Source of the DNA: Candidatus Altimarinota bacterium
GTDB lineage: Bacteria; Patescibacteriota; Gracilibacteria; UBA1369
Length of the DNA: 64,000 nucleotides
Reading direction: 5' to 3'
Assembly (NCBI GenBank): GCA_963677745.1
Contig: OY782391.1
Coordinates: 672,001-736,000, forward strand
Each line of letters opens with the position of its first letter. Positions within the stretch are counted from its first letter, which is position 1. Below the pieces are notes generated by a model. That model worked only from the letters and a program-made list of their open reading frames with translations, searched no databases and was not told where the DNA came from. The translations under genes were made by a program, and so were the position numbers. Positions 27,290 to 37,700 of the stretch are shown piece by piece.

Positions 27290-28906
27290 ATGTTAGAAAA
27301 TCCAATGCACAGGAGAGGCGCGCTTTCGGCGATAATTGGCATAGGTGCCGGAGCGGCGGTAAATGCAGGGCTTAATCTGATAGATAAACCACGGGTAACC
27401 GCCGGTTTATCGGAGTCTCCCAATCAGTGCCGCAGCAACATTTTTGAACACAATATCGCCAAATATATTGAAACCAAACGGGACAACCACAATATCTCAA
27501 GAAAAACCGCCCAGGTGGAATCCTCACCAAATTCCGGTATCAGTAGAAAAGATTTTGCCAAAAGAGAACTGGCCGCATCGGCTGTTCTACCGCCCATTCT
27601 AAAAGAACTGCTCTACTGTATTCCTTTTGAAGAATCAAACTACAACACCCATGCCAAAAGTGGAGCCGGCGCCTACGGCGCCTGGCAATTCATGCCTGGA
27701 ACGGCTGCCAACAGCACTTTTGTCGGACCCTATATATTGGTAGGAAACGGTGAAGACCATCGTTCAGAATTTGAATTGTCCACCAAAGCTGCCGTAAAAT
27801 ATTTCGAATACATCTATTCCGTCCTGTCCAAGGATCCAAACTACCAGATTCTAAAATCACGTTACGGGCTGGACGACGATGGCTTCCTGGCCCTCACCAC
27901 CGTCAACGCCTACAACTCCGGCGAGGGACACATGCTCCGGGCTTATGAAGTAATGGCCAACGAACCGGAAGCCAGAAAGGTTGTCGACCAGTGTGCCCGG
28001 CAGGGCTGCCATGGTCTTTATGAATATCTGACTGAGATCTACTCTCATCAGTACAAGAAATGGCAAAAATCCAAACCATATTTTGCCTCGGAATCATCCG
28101 CCTATGTTTATAAAATTCTGGCCTATCACCGGCTGGACAACAAAACCGCTCAAAAAGAATCAGCTCCTGCGCAGGCCTCAAAGCCCACCATTGTCAGCAA
28201 AATCAGCGGAGTCTACCGGGCTTCCATAGCCTCAATTTTATCATTGGCGGGATTCACCGGCGCCACCAGGCTTACAGAAGGAGAGTTGAACAGCCGTAAC
28301 ATGATGAACAGGCGGAACTTCCTGACTGCAGCCGGACTGGCTGCCGGAGCTACTGTCGGTGCGTTGGCCTCCAACGGTATTTATCAATACAAAGCCAGCA
28401 GCGAACTGCGCGACCGTCTAAAAGCCGCTCTTCCTGCCGACCCGCAACCCGCTCCCAAGGAAGATGATCCGGGAAAAGAAAAACCTGACACCTCCCCCTT
28501 GGCCATACTCAGCGAAAAAAACATCACTGCCAATCAGACTGTACTGACCCTTGTCTATACCCATACTCAATCCGGCCAGTTTATTAAAACCCATCAGGAC
28601 CAAAAACTTGCCGTCAGAAACGTCAGCCAGTTGGCTTCCAGCAAAAAATTCGTAGAAAATCTGTTTATGGGCGACGCCGCTTATGAACTATACAGAAGCC
28701 AGAGTAATTCTGTTTATCTGCAGTTTGCCAAGTACTTCTACGACAAAAGTCTGTTTTTATGCCAGCAGCAGTTAAGCGGTAAAATCACTCCCCCGCCGGC
28801 TAAAAACAAGGCAGAAGCCAGGGCAATACTGCAAAGCCGCCAAAATTACCTGGTCAGCGCACTGAAAATAATAGACGCAGAGTTCTCCGAAGCGGGTAGT
28901 CAGTAA
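27290..28906 (+). CDS. Lytic transglycosylase (SLT domain) protein
   Basis: EESNYN..AKS.AGA.G.WQFMP.TA and AYNSGEG motifs; RR-containing hydrophobic segments at the N-terminus and internally. Confidence 0.85.
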   Translation: MLENPMHRRGALSAIIGIGAGAAVNAGLNLIDKPRVTAGLSESPNQCRSNIFEHNIAKYIETKRDNHNISRKTAQVESSPNSGISRKDFAKRELAASAVLPPILKELLYCIPFEESNYNTHAKSGAGAYGAWQFMPGTAANSTFVGPYILVGNGEDHRSEFELSTKAAVKYFEYIYSVLSKDPNYQILKSRYGLDDDGFLALTTVNAYNSGEGHMLRAYEVMANEPEARKVVDQCARQGCHGLYEYLTEIYSHQYKKWQKSKPYFASESSAYVYKILAYHRLDNKTAQKESAPAQASKPTIVSKISGVYRASIASILSLAGFTGATRLTEGELNSRNMMNRRNFLTAAGLAAGATVGALASNGIYQYKASSELRDRLKAALPADPQPAPKEDDPGKEKPDTSPLAILSEKNITANQTVLTLVYTHTQSGQFIKTHQDQKLAVRNVSQLASSKKFVENLFMGDAAYELYRSQSNSVYLQFAKYFYDKSLFLCQQQLSGKITPPPAKNKAEARAILQSRQNYLVSALKIIDAEFSEAGSQ

Positions 28907-28928
28907 ATCATCAAAAGACGGTCCGGTC

Positions 28929-29426
28929 TTATAAGATGCTTATAAAATCGTCAACCGCCGCATACACTTTTTGAGGATCCTCGGTGTCCACGGGCTTCTC
29001 AAACTTCATGTCATAATTCCCGCTGTCGATTGAGGGTTTTTCAGAAAGAACATAGCCGGCCTTCAGCATATCTTCCCTGAAATTAATCAATCGGGCCATT
29101 GCCTCTTGAATCTCTTCCGGACTTAAATCCCCATCCAGACTCTCTGTTCCCATTATCTGGATAATTCTTTTTTTGGCGTCAATGTAGAGCCACAGAGAAA
29201 CCAGTCCCCACCTGTTGTGATATGCCTGAACCTCTATTAAATCATAATTCGTATATTTACGATTCATGTTTCTGGACTTTGCGTCTTCCATGAAATCATC
29301 GGGAGAATCAAAATTCTGAACCTCTCCCAGTTTCCCCAACACCGGCCAGACGGCCCTGGCTACATCAGGACTAATCCCGTCTTTCTCGTCCATAGTGTCT
29401 GGAGAAGACGACATCGCATTAGACAT
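28929..29426 (-). CDS. Hypothetical acidic protein
   Basis: 165-aa ORF with TGtTATAAT upstream. Confidence 0.65.
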   Translation of the reverse strand: MSNAMSSSPDTMDEKDGISPDVARAVWPVLGKLGEVQNFDSPDDFMEDAKSRNMNRKYTNYDLIEVQAYHNRWGLVSLWLYIDAKKRIIQIMGTESLDGDLSPEEIQEAMARLINFREDMLKAGYVLSEKPSIDSGNYDMKFEKPVDTEDPQKVYAAVDDFISIL

Positions 29427-29565
29427 AAATATTTTTGTTAATTACTTGTTTTATCGTGTTTATTATAACACAAAAACCACTGTTTAACAACAAGGCTGGG
29501 TAAGGATAATAAACAGACCTCTTGCCAACGTTAAAAAGACAGAGCTCCTCATCTGGTCTTCTAAA

Positions 29566-29769
29566 CTATTCATGAGGTGGTTCACCTAATTCTTCGGCCG
29601 TAACCTCTCTCCAAGACATCTCCCTTAACTTTTTGGAATAAATCTCAAGTTCCTCTGGAGTAATCCAACTTACCAATTCATCATCACCCTGCCGATCCCC
29701 AGTTTCTACTTCAACCTTGTTTGTTTCGTCAGTAAAAGACTTGTCTTCAAGCTGTTTTTCGTCACCCAT
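29566..29769 (-). CDS. Small acidic hypothetical protein
   Basis: 67-aa ORF starting 28 nt after the tmRNA 3' end. Confidence 0.5.
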   Translation of the reverse strand: MGDEKQLEDKSFTDETNKVEVETGDRQGDDELVSWITPEELEIYSKKLREMSWREVTAEELGEPPHE

Positions 29770-29796
29770 AAAACAATTATACTAAACAAAATCTTT

Positions 29797-30237
29797 TGGT
29801 GGAGATGCCGGGAGTCGAACCCGGGTCCATAAAAATCAGGTACAAACGTCTACAATCATAGTCACATTTGGTTAGGCATAAGGAATAAAGATGTGACGAA
29901 AAGCTCCTTTTGCCTGGTTTTGGTGAAACTACATCCGGTCTCAAAACGCCAAACCGTCCGGATAAGTCCCGCTAGTGTCATAAGGTCCGAAATAGCGGAG
30001 TCATTCGGCTTACGACCTCAGAGTTTGTGGTCCGAGGATTTTGGCTGCTCTAGGCAACGTTTGCCAAAGCGAACGTTCTTGGAGCGAAAACTGTAGCCAA
30101 GTTATTGGCTTCATTTCTCATGGCCTGTGCAATTTGATTTGCATCTATGTTTGTACCGACGGATCTGACGGGAGACGGTACCATCCCGTGATTGCTGTTT
30201 GTAAAAGAACATCTATGTCGAATGCCAATACATCCCC
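29797..30237 (-). ncRNA. ssrA: tmRNA (441 nt)
   Basis: 5' GGGGAUG.....AUUCGAC; 3' GACCCGGGUUCGACUCCCGGCAUCUCCACCA; G3:U70; tag frame after AUAGAU: GCA AAU... ending FALANVA-stop (30142..30050). Confidence 0.95.
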
Positions 30238-30263
30238 TCACGTCTAACTCTACAATAAATCTT

Positions 30264-32516
30264 CTAGCTTGTAAAGAGGGCTGCCAAAGACAAATCGAAA
30301 AAGGCGTCAGACTGGTTAAACAAGGCCCGGAGCTGATTGAAATTGGCGGTACTCAAGGACCTGATTTCCTGCAAAAACTTCTTTTTTGCCCGCGGTGACA
30401 ACAGATAGAATCTTTTAAAGATAAACTCCACCATTTTGCCGTCTCCCTGGACGATAAATTTCTGCAGTTTCCTGCTCAATACCGTCACACCACCCATTCT
30501 ACCCAGACTGATCGAAGTGATCACCGACATGGTGGCCAATTCCTTATTGGGTACCGCCACCAGGTCCAGCACATAATCATCCATTGTCTTCAGCTGCAAT
30601 TCACCAATCAGTTTCAGGGCAACCATTCTCGTCTGATCATCTTTCCCCGAAAAAATATCAATCATTATGTTCATCAGACGGTCCTTCATTTCGGTAAATC
30701 TCCACAGCCCGGCTATGGCTGCCGCCTTGATGGCCAGGTTGTCACTTTTCAAATAGGGTTCGAGCAGGGTAATCAACCCCCGGTCTTCGGTTACGGAAAG
30801 TGCCTCAATAATACTGGCTTTTATATAATCCGTACTGGCGGTGAAATGCCTCTTATAAAAATCCAGCAGCACGTCAAAGCCGAACATTTTCAGGGCCTGA
30901 TTCACTTCCAGCTTGATCGACAATGGCAAATCCTCCAGATAGACCTTGTTGAAGACATCAATCATCAGCAGCTTGGTCACGTTCATGTTACCAAAAGTTT
31001 TAGCGTCCATATTACGGAAAGACAGATTGATGGCCTGAATGGAATAATAACGGAGACGCAGATTTTTCTCGTTTTCCAGAACCAGCAGATATTCCCTGAT
31101 CGAGTTGGGATTGCCTATTTCCACCAGACTGGTTAGCGCCCGTTGACGCAGTTCCAGAGTTTCTTTTCCATTCAGCAGAATTTTTCTGAGCAGTTTTTCG
31201 CCACGTTCTTTTTGTACATGTTCACCCATCAGATCAACCGAACTACCCCGCAAATAAGCGTCTTTGTCATTAAGTGCCCAAAACAGCGCAGCCTGATATT
31301 CCCTCTTTATCTTTAGAACAAAGATCAGAGACAGGGACATCAGGAAAAGTAAAATATAAACCACCAATCCCGGATAGTCATTTAAAAAGGGGGTCAGTGA
31401 AAAAATTAACAGGGAAACCAGCAGCGAAGATAGAGAAAAGATCACCCCTTTGATAAAGAAGAAAACTTGCTGGCTCAGGTTTCTGGGAATCAATCCGAAC
31501 ATGGCCTGGCTGCTCACCATCACATAGGAATAAAAAGCAAAAGTGTGGAAAATAAATAAAACCGCGGCCAGATAAAGATTGTTGGGAAAAATCACCATCA
31601 GAAAACACAAAACAAACATGATCCAGGGATAAGTCAGCAGCAGGTTTGCCACTCCCACGCCGTAAATCACCTGACGGGAAACCAGCAGATTGAAAACGGC
31701 CCGAATCGACACCGCCACAAAGCTGGTCAAAGCAATAAAATGAATCAGCTCGTCGCCTTTTAAATTAATTGAAAACGCGGCGTTATAAACATAAAAATGA
31801 AGCACCACCACGCCTCCAAACAAAAAGAAAACAAAAGTCATCAGTCTGAACAGGCGGGATTTTTCAAAAACAAAAGATAAGCTCTGTCTGATTCCCGGCA
31901 ACAAACCGACCTGCCGGTCCTGTTCTGAGGTATCCTCACCCGTAATCGCGTCAAACTGCCAACTGATCAAAAACAGACAAACCATAAACAATCCCGTTCC
32001 GATCATCACCAGCCAGACAGGGCTGATTCGAATATTCAAAAGAGTCACCCCCACCACCGCCACACTGGAAAGTAACTGGGCAATGTCCATCATTCCCCTG
32101 ACCATCGGTAAAAAACTCTTGGACTGCCTGGAATTAACGTAGCCGGAAGAAAGGTTTTCCAAAGATGTGTCAAAAGCCGTACTGGAAAAACGTGCCAGCA
32201 CCAAAGACAAAAACAAATAGGTGGTAATTGACCATTGCAGATAAAGACAAACCGCCCCGAAAACCATCACTGCCAGCAGAAAAAACAGGGTACTCGTCAA
32301 CGCCGAGGTCTTCCTGCTCAAAAGTACGTCCAAGCTGTAATTGACAATGGCAATCAAGCTGACAGCCAACAATAGTGCCGGCAAACGGTCTATCAACCCT
32401 GCGTTCAAAAATTCTGCCGTCGCACCGATAAAAGCCATCTCCGTAAAAAAAGTAGCCACAAATGTGGTTATTCCAAACAGCCATTTTTTCAGGGGATAAC
32501 TGTTGCTCTTGATCAT
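30264..32516 (-). CDS. MFS-like (NTT/TLC-related) transporter fused to HEAT repeats
   Basis: About 12 TM helices with a Q.K...P motif, followed by helical HEAT-like repeats; start MIKSN chosen because TGcTATAAT overlaps the longer start. Confidence 0.7.
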   Translation of the reverse strand: MIKSNSYPLKKWLFGITTFVATFFTEMAFIGATAEFLNAGLIDRLPALLLAVSLIAIVNYSLDVLLSRKTSALTSTLFFLLAVMVFGAVCLYLQWSITTYLFLSLVLARFSSTAFDTSLENLSSGYVNSRQSKSFLPMVRGMMDIAQLLSSVAVVGVTLLNIRISPVWLVMIGTGLFMVCLFLISWQFDAITGEDTSEQDRQVGLLPGIRQSLSFVFEKSRLFRLMTFVFFLFGGVVVLHFYVYNAAFSINLKGDELIHFIALTSFVAVSIRAVFNLLVSRQVIYGVGVANLLLTYPWIMFVLCFLMVIFPNNLYLAAVLFIFHTFAFYSYVMVSSQAMFGLIPRNLSQQVFFFIKGVIFSLSSLLVSLLIFSLTPFLNDYPGLVVYILLFLMSLSLIFVLKIKREYQAALFWALNDKDAYLRGSSVDLMGEHVQKERGEKLLRKILLNGKETLELRQRALTSLVEIGNPNSIREYLLVLENEKNLRLRYYSIQAINLSFRNMDAKTFGNMNVTKLLMIDVFNKVYLEDLPLSIKLEVNQALKMFGFDVLLDFYKRHFTASTDYIKASIIEALSVTEDRGLITLLEPYLKSDNLAIKAAAIAGLWRFTEMKDRLMNIMIDIFSGKDDQTRMVALKLIGELQLKTMDDYVLDLVAVPNKELATMSVITSISLGRMGGVTVLSRKLQKFIVQGDGKMVEFIFKRFYLLSPRAKKKFLQEIRSLSTANFNQLRALFNQSDAFFDLSLAALFTS

Positions 32517-32553
32517 ATGATCCGGTTGGCTTGATATCCCCATATTATAGCAC

Positions 32554-32586
32554 AAAAAAGCCGGTTTTTAAACCTTCAAAACCGGC
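32554..32586 (-). terminator. Intrinsic terminator of efp
   Basis: GCCGGTTTT...AAAACCGGC followed by TTTTTT on the minus strand. Confidence 0.75.
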
Positions 32587-32602
32587 CTGATCAATTCCCG
32601 TC

Positions 32603-33163
32603 CTATTGGCTGACCCTCTCTACATATTCTCCGGTATCGGTATTAATCCGGACAACGTCTCCCTCTTTGATAAATAATGGAACATTTGCCTTGGTCCCGG
32701 TTTCCAGAGTTACCTGCTTGCTGCCGCCGGTTGCCGTGTCTCCTTTATTTCCCGGGGGGGCGTCAATCACCTTAAAATTCATCTTTGGAGGAAGCTGAAT
32801 GGTAAAAGGGTTACCGTCAATAAACATTACAATCAGCTCGCTGCCGTCCAGAATATAGTCTTTCATCTCGCCAATATTTTCCAGCGGCAAGACAAACTGT
32901 TCATAGCTGGTATTGTCCATAAAAGTCATATCGGCACCGTCATTGTACAGATATTGGCAATTGCGGTACTCCACATTGGCTTCTTCGATATTTTCACCGC
33001 TTCTGAAACTGACCTCAAATATCTTTCCGGACTTGGCGTTTTTAAGCTTGGTTCGTGTAAAAGCCGAACCCTTGCCGGGATTTACGAACTGATAACTGAG
33101 TATCACGCAGGTTTCACCGTTATATTTGATAGCGGCGCCTTTTTTGAAATCTGATGTATTCAT
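32603..33163 (-). CDS. efp: Elongation factor P
   Basis: NPGKGSAF (Lys at the modified position), VPLFI..GD...INT.TGEYVER. Confidence 0.97.
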   Translation of the reverse strand: MNTSDFKKGAAIKYNGETCVILSYQFVNPGKGSAFTRTKLKNAKSGKIFEVSFRSGENIEEANVEYRNCQYLYNDGADMTFMDNTSYEQFVLPLENIGEMKDYILDGSELIVMFIDGNPFTIQLPPKMNFKVIDAPPGNKGDTATGGSKQVTLETGTKANVPLFIKEGDVVRINTDTGEYVERVSQ

Positions 33164-33215
33164 GCTGATCCAATAAAGTTTTATTCGTCCGGCCTCTGGC
33201 AAGACTGTCGCGGGC

Positions 33216-33244
33216 ATTCTATCCGCCCGCCCCTTTTTGGTCAA
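33216..33244 (-). promoter_or_regulatory. Sigma70 promoter of efp
   Basis: TTGACC-N17-TAGAAT. Confidence 0.7.
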
Positions 33245-33267
33245 CCCAAAAGGGGCTTCTGGAAGCC

Positions 33268-34689
33268 TTATAAATCCCGGTGCGGAAAAAACAAAGTATT
33301 CCTGATGTCCTTCTCACCCAGCAGCAGCATAATAACTCTGTCCACGCCCAGGGCATTGCCGCCGGACGGAGGCATTCCGAATTTCAGAGCATTGATAAAA
33401 GTTTGATCAACGTTATAAACCTCTTTCCCCAAGCCCTTTCTCTCCTCTTTTTCCAGATTAAGACGGGACTCCTGTTCCACCGGATCATTCAATTCCGTAA
33501 AACCGTTGCACAGCTCCAAACCTCCAACATAGGCCTCAAAACGCTCGGCAAACTGCTCATCGCCGGCACACTTTTTGGACAAGGCCGCCATGGACACCGG
33601 ATAGTCATAAAGGATTGTCGGAACTTCAAAACCCAGTCTGGGTTCAATCTCATTCAAAAAAATCAGATAAAACATATCGTCAAAACCGGTACTGCCGGTT
33701 ACCGCATAACCGCGTTTGACAATTTCCGCCCTGAACAAATCCATGTTGAAAAAAGTCTCCCTGTTTATACCGGCCATTTCCTGAAAAGCGTCAATTATCC
33801 TGAGTCTCTTCCAGGGGGCCATTATATCGATCTCTTTTTCCTTCCAGTCCAGCTTTTTCAGTTTTCCTGCGGCGTCTCTGGGACCAAACTTCTCCCACAG
33901 AAATTTAACCAGCCTCTCGGTATCGTCCATTATCTCCTCATAGGAAGCAAATGCCCGATACCATTCCAAAATTGTAAACTCCGGATTGTGCCGCTCGCTG
34001 AAAGTCTCCTTGTTCCGGAAGGAGCGGGTAACCTGAAAAATCTTCTCCAGCCCGCCCACCAGCAATTTTTTCATAGCATACTCGGGAGAGGTAATCAGGT
34101 ACATGTCTTCACTGATCTTGCCATCGGCGGAAAAATCGGCTTCAAATCTTGTTTTAAAAACATCCAGATAAGGCTCCATACCGGGTAGCCGCACCAGGCA
34201 GGGAGTGTCGGTCTCCAGAAAAGCCTCTCCTAAAAAAAACTCTCTGACCGCGGCAATAATCCGGGAGCGTTTAATCAGATTTTCCTTGAGACCTTCATCC
34301 AAAATCATCTTTTGATAATTGGGCGAATCAACCGGGGAAATATAAAAATCTTCACAACCGGCCAATAAGCGCGACTCTCCCGACTGTCGCACCGCCAAAG
34401 ATCCAGCCACAGAAGCTTCCGACACCACCTCCGCCTCCACAATAGTCCCCACTTCCGGCAGCTTTTCCGCTAAAACCGTTATTTTTCCTGATCCATCCTG
34501 CAATATATAACCGCGCTCCTGTTGGACCGGCCCCTGCGGCCCGGGCAACAAGCCCTCCCCGTCCAGTATCCCCACTACCCTTCCGCATAAGACAGCGCTT
34601 TGTCCCCCGCCCTCTTTATGTAAAAAAGTTCCAATCGTTTCCGTCCGCCCCACCCGGCCTGGATAAATCATCTTTTGTAAAGTTAACAA
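33268..34689 (-). CDS. epmA: EF-P lysine aminoacylase (EpmA/GenX) with N-terminal OB-like extension
   Basis: YL.TSPEY.MKKLL, HNPEFT.LEWYR, ELCNGF.EL, GMPP..G.ALG.DR; adjacent to efp. Confidence 0.85.
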   Translation of the reverse strand: MLTLQKMIYPGRVGRTETIGTFLHKEGGGQSAVLCGRVVGILDGEGLLPGPQGPVQQERGYILQDGSGKITVLAEKLPEVGTIVEAEVVSEASVAGSLAVRQSGESRLLAGCEDFYISPVDSPNYQKMILDEGLKENLIKRSRIIAAVREFFLGEAFLETDTPCLVRLPGMEPYLDVFKTRFEADFSADGKISEDMYLITSPEYAMKKLLVGGLEKIFQVTRSFRNKETFSERHNPEFTILEWYRAFASYEEIMDDTERLVKFLWEKFGPRDAAGKLKKLDWKEKEIDIMAPWKRLRIIDAFQEMAGINRETFFNMDLFRAEIVKRGYAVTGSTGFDDMFYLIFLNEIEPRLGFEVPTILYDYPVSMAALSKKCAGDEQFAERFEAYVGGLELCNGFTELNDPVEQESRLNLEKEERKGLGKEVYNVDQTFINALKFGMPPSGGNALGVDRVIMLLLGEKDIRNTLFFPHRDL

Positions 34690-34781
34690 TTCCTTTTGGT
34701 TTTACACCAAAAACCGCCAACATTTAAACATCATCTGAGTAGTTTTGAACGAAAATCCTCACTTTTGCACCAACTTTTGAA

Positions 34782-37700
34782 CTATTCTGCGGACATTTTC
34801 ACCTTTTCCGCAAGCCTTTTAAGACAGGCGTTCAGTTCGTCCACCCATTGAAAACCCAAATCCTCCAGCTTGATCTTCAGTTTATTGCCGGAAATCATCC
34901 ATTTATGATTATATTCGAGCAAATTCATAATGTTCTCGGGTTTGACCAGGTTGCTCATATGCAGAATAATTTCCTTGTCCTTGGTCAGATAAACGCTTTC
35001 CGCCTTCACGCTGACCACGCCGGCCAATTTGGCGCTGATTTTCATCTCGATCACCTTGAAAAAGTTAATCACTTCCGGCGGCAAAGCTCCGTAGTCGCTA
35101 ATCAGGTCCTCTTTCATGTCATGCAGATACTGGGATGAGTCCGCGGCCGACAGCTTCTGATACATAGCCACTTTCTCCTTGGTATTGGTAATATAATGAT
35201 CGGGAATAAAAGCGCTGATCGGAATTTCCACCGACACGTCCTCCGGCTCCTCTTCGCGCAGCACACGGCCGGCTTTGAGGTCCTCCACCGCCTTGTTCAG
35301 CATCCGGATAAAATGGCTTACTCCAACTACGTTAATCACGCCATGCTGTTTGGCGCCAAGGATATCGCCGGCCCCGCGTATCTCCAGATCCTTCATGGCA
35401 ATCTGAAAACCGGAGCCCAGCTCTGAAGCCTCCACAATAGCCTTCAGGCGCTTCTTGGCATCCAGCTTCAGTCTTTGCCCGTGATACATGAAATAAGCGT
35501 AAGCCTGCCGCTTGCTGCGTCCCACGCGCCCTCTCAACTGGTACAGCTGGGCCAGACCGAATTTCTCGGCGTTGTTTACAATCAAAGTGTTGGCATTGGC
35601 CAGATCAATCCCGTTTTCAATAATGGTTGAGGAAACCAGCACATCAAACTGATGGTCTTTAAAAGCCACGATCCTCTCCTCCAGATCGCCAGAACCCAAT
35701 TGGCCGTGCGCCACACCAAACCTGGCCTCGGGTACCAGCACGCGCAATTTTTCGGTCAAACTGTCGATGGTCTGGACACGGTTATGAAGAAAATATACCT
35801 GCCCGTGACGCTTAACTTCATTCAAAATAGCCTCGCGCACCAGTCCAAGTGAAAATCTTCGAACCTCCGTAATCACCGGCAAACGGCCGGGCGGCGGCGT
35901 GGTTATGGTCGAGATATCCCTCAGTTTATTTAGGGCAATATTAAGAGTTCTGGGAATCGGCGTGGCTGTTAAGGTCAGAAAATCCACGTCGGCCTTAGTC
36001 TGCTTGAAAACCTCCTTCTGCTTGACGCCAAAACGCTGCTCCTCATCGACAATCACCAGTCCCAAGTCTTTAAAAACCAGATCCTTCTGCAGCAATCTGT
36101 GCGTCCCGATAATTATATCAATTTCCCCCTTGGCCAGCTTTTCCAGGATCTTTTTTTGTTCGGAAGCGCTGCGGAACCGGGACAGCATCTCCACGCGGAC
36201 CTTAAAAGGCTCCATGCGTTTAACAAAAGAACGGTAATGCTGATCGGCCAAAATCGTAATCGGAGAAACCAAAGCCGTCTGTTTCTTATTCAAAAAAGCC
36301 AGGTAAGCGGCCCTCATAGCCACTTCCGTCTTCCCAAAACCCACATCGCCGCAAACCAGTCTGTCCATGGGAATGTCACGGCACATATCATCCAGTGTGT
36401 CCTTGGTCGACCTCATCTGTCCCGGGGTATCCTCATATTCAAAGCTCTCTTCAAAGAGCTTCATCTGTTTGTCAAAAAACTTGAAGGAAAATCCGGAGGC
36501 GCTCTTTCTTTCGGCATAAATGGCCAACAACTCTTTGGCAATCTGTTCCGTTTCCTTTTTAACTTTTCTGGTAATGGAATTCCATTCGGCAGAGCCAAGT
36601 CTGGTCAGTTTGGGAGGGTTTTCGTCGGCTCCGATAAATTTGTTAACCTTGTCGGCCTGGTCGATCGGCACAAACAGCTTGTCGTTTTCGGCATAACCGA
36701 TTTTCAGATATTCCTTGGTCAGATCGTCAATCTTACGCTGCTCCAGTCCTAAAAAAAGACCGATACCATGGTCGACGTGCACCACATAGTCCCCGCTCTT
36801 CAGGCTGGCCAAAAAGTCCATAAAAACCTTCTGGTTCACGGCCCTTTTTTTCTCTTCCTGTAGCGTAGAAATATCTCTGTCCGAAATCACCGAAAGTTTA
36901 ATTTCCGGGTTCTGGAAGGCGTACGGTAAATTATCGTCCTGATCCCCTTCCACCAGAAAAAGCCTGAAATGACCGTACCCGAACTGACTCAAATCTTCGT
37001 TAAAGGCAAGCTTGTTCTCCGCCAGAATCTCCTGCATTTCGCGCTTATGTTTGGTAAAAATAATCACATGCCAGGACTCTTTGATTTTCTCTTTCAGGTC
37101 ATTCACCAGATCGTACACACCGCGATATTTTAAAACCGACAGATAGTGCAAATGCTGATGGCTGGACTCGTCTTCGTTGAAAGTGACAAAGCTCAGCACC
37201 AGGTTCTTGTTGTATACTTCATTAAAATTGGCGTTCCAGTCCTCATAAAATTCATCATATATTTCCAGGTCGTCCTCCACCACCAGATTGTCCTTGCGAA
37301 AAGTATCCACCAGCAGCTGATCGGTTTCCTCAAACAGCACCGGCCAGATTTCCAGTTTCTTCAGCGTTTTTACCCCCTCCTTTTGCAGGCTGTCACGGTC
37401 AAAAAACTCCATACTTTCAACCTCTTCAAACCCCAGATTAATACGAACCGGAAAGTCGCTGTTCACCGGAAAAATCGTCAGCGTGTCGCCGGTTCTGTGG
37501 TAAGTTCCGCGCAGCAGATAAGCGTCCTCGGACAGTTCATAGCCCATACCTATCAGATTTTCATAAAAACTCATCAGACTGATGGCCTTCCCCTGCTCCA
37601 GCACTAAAGTGGCTTTTTCAACCCATTCCAGGTCGGGAACCCGCTTCAAAAGTTCAAAATAAGGCAGTACCAGAAATCTCCTCTCTGTGTTGCGCAATTC

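Noticed and set aside
27290-29797. Possible island integrated at the tmRNA 3' end
   Set aside because: No integrase and no duplicated tmRNA 3' end (att site) seen
29893-30247. Small ORFs of 63-68 aa
   Set aside because: They lie within the tmRNA; only the tag frame (30142..30050) is meaningful
33280-34188. 302-aa plus-strand ORF
   Set aside because: Antisense shadow of epmA; no recognisable motifs
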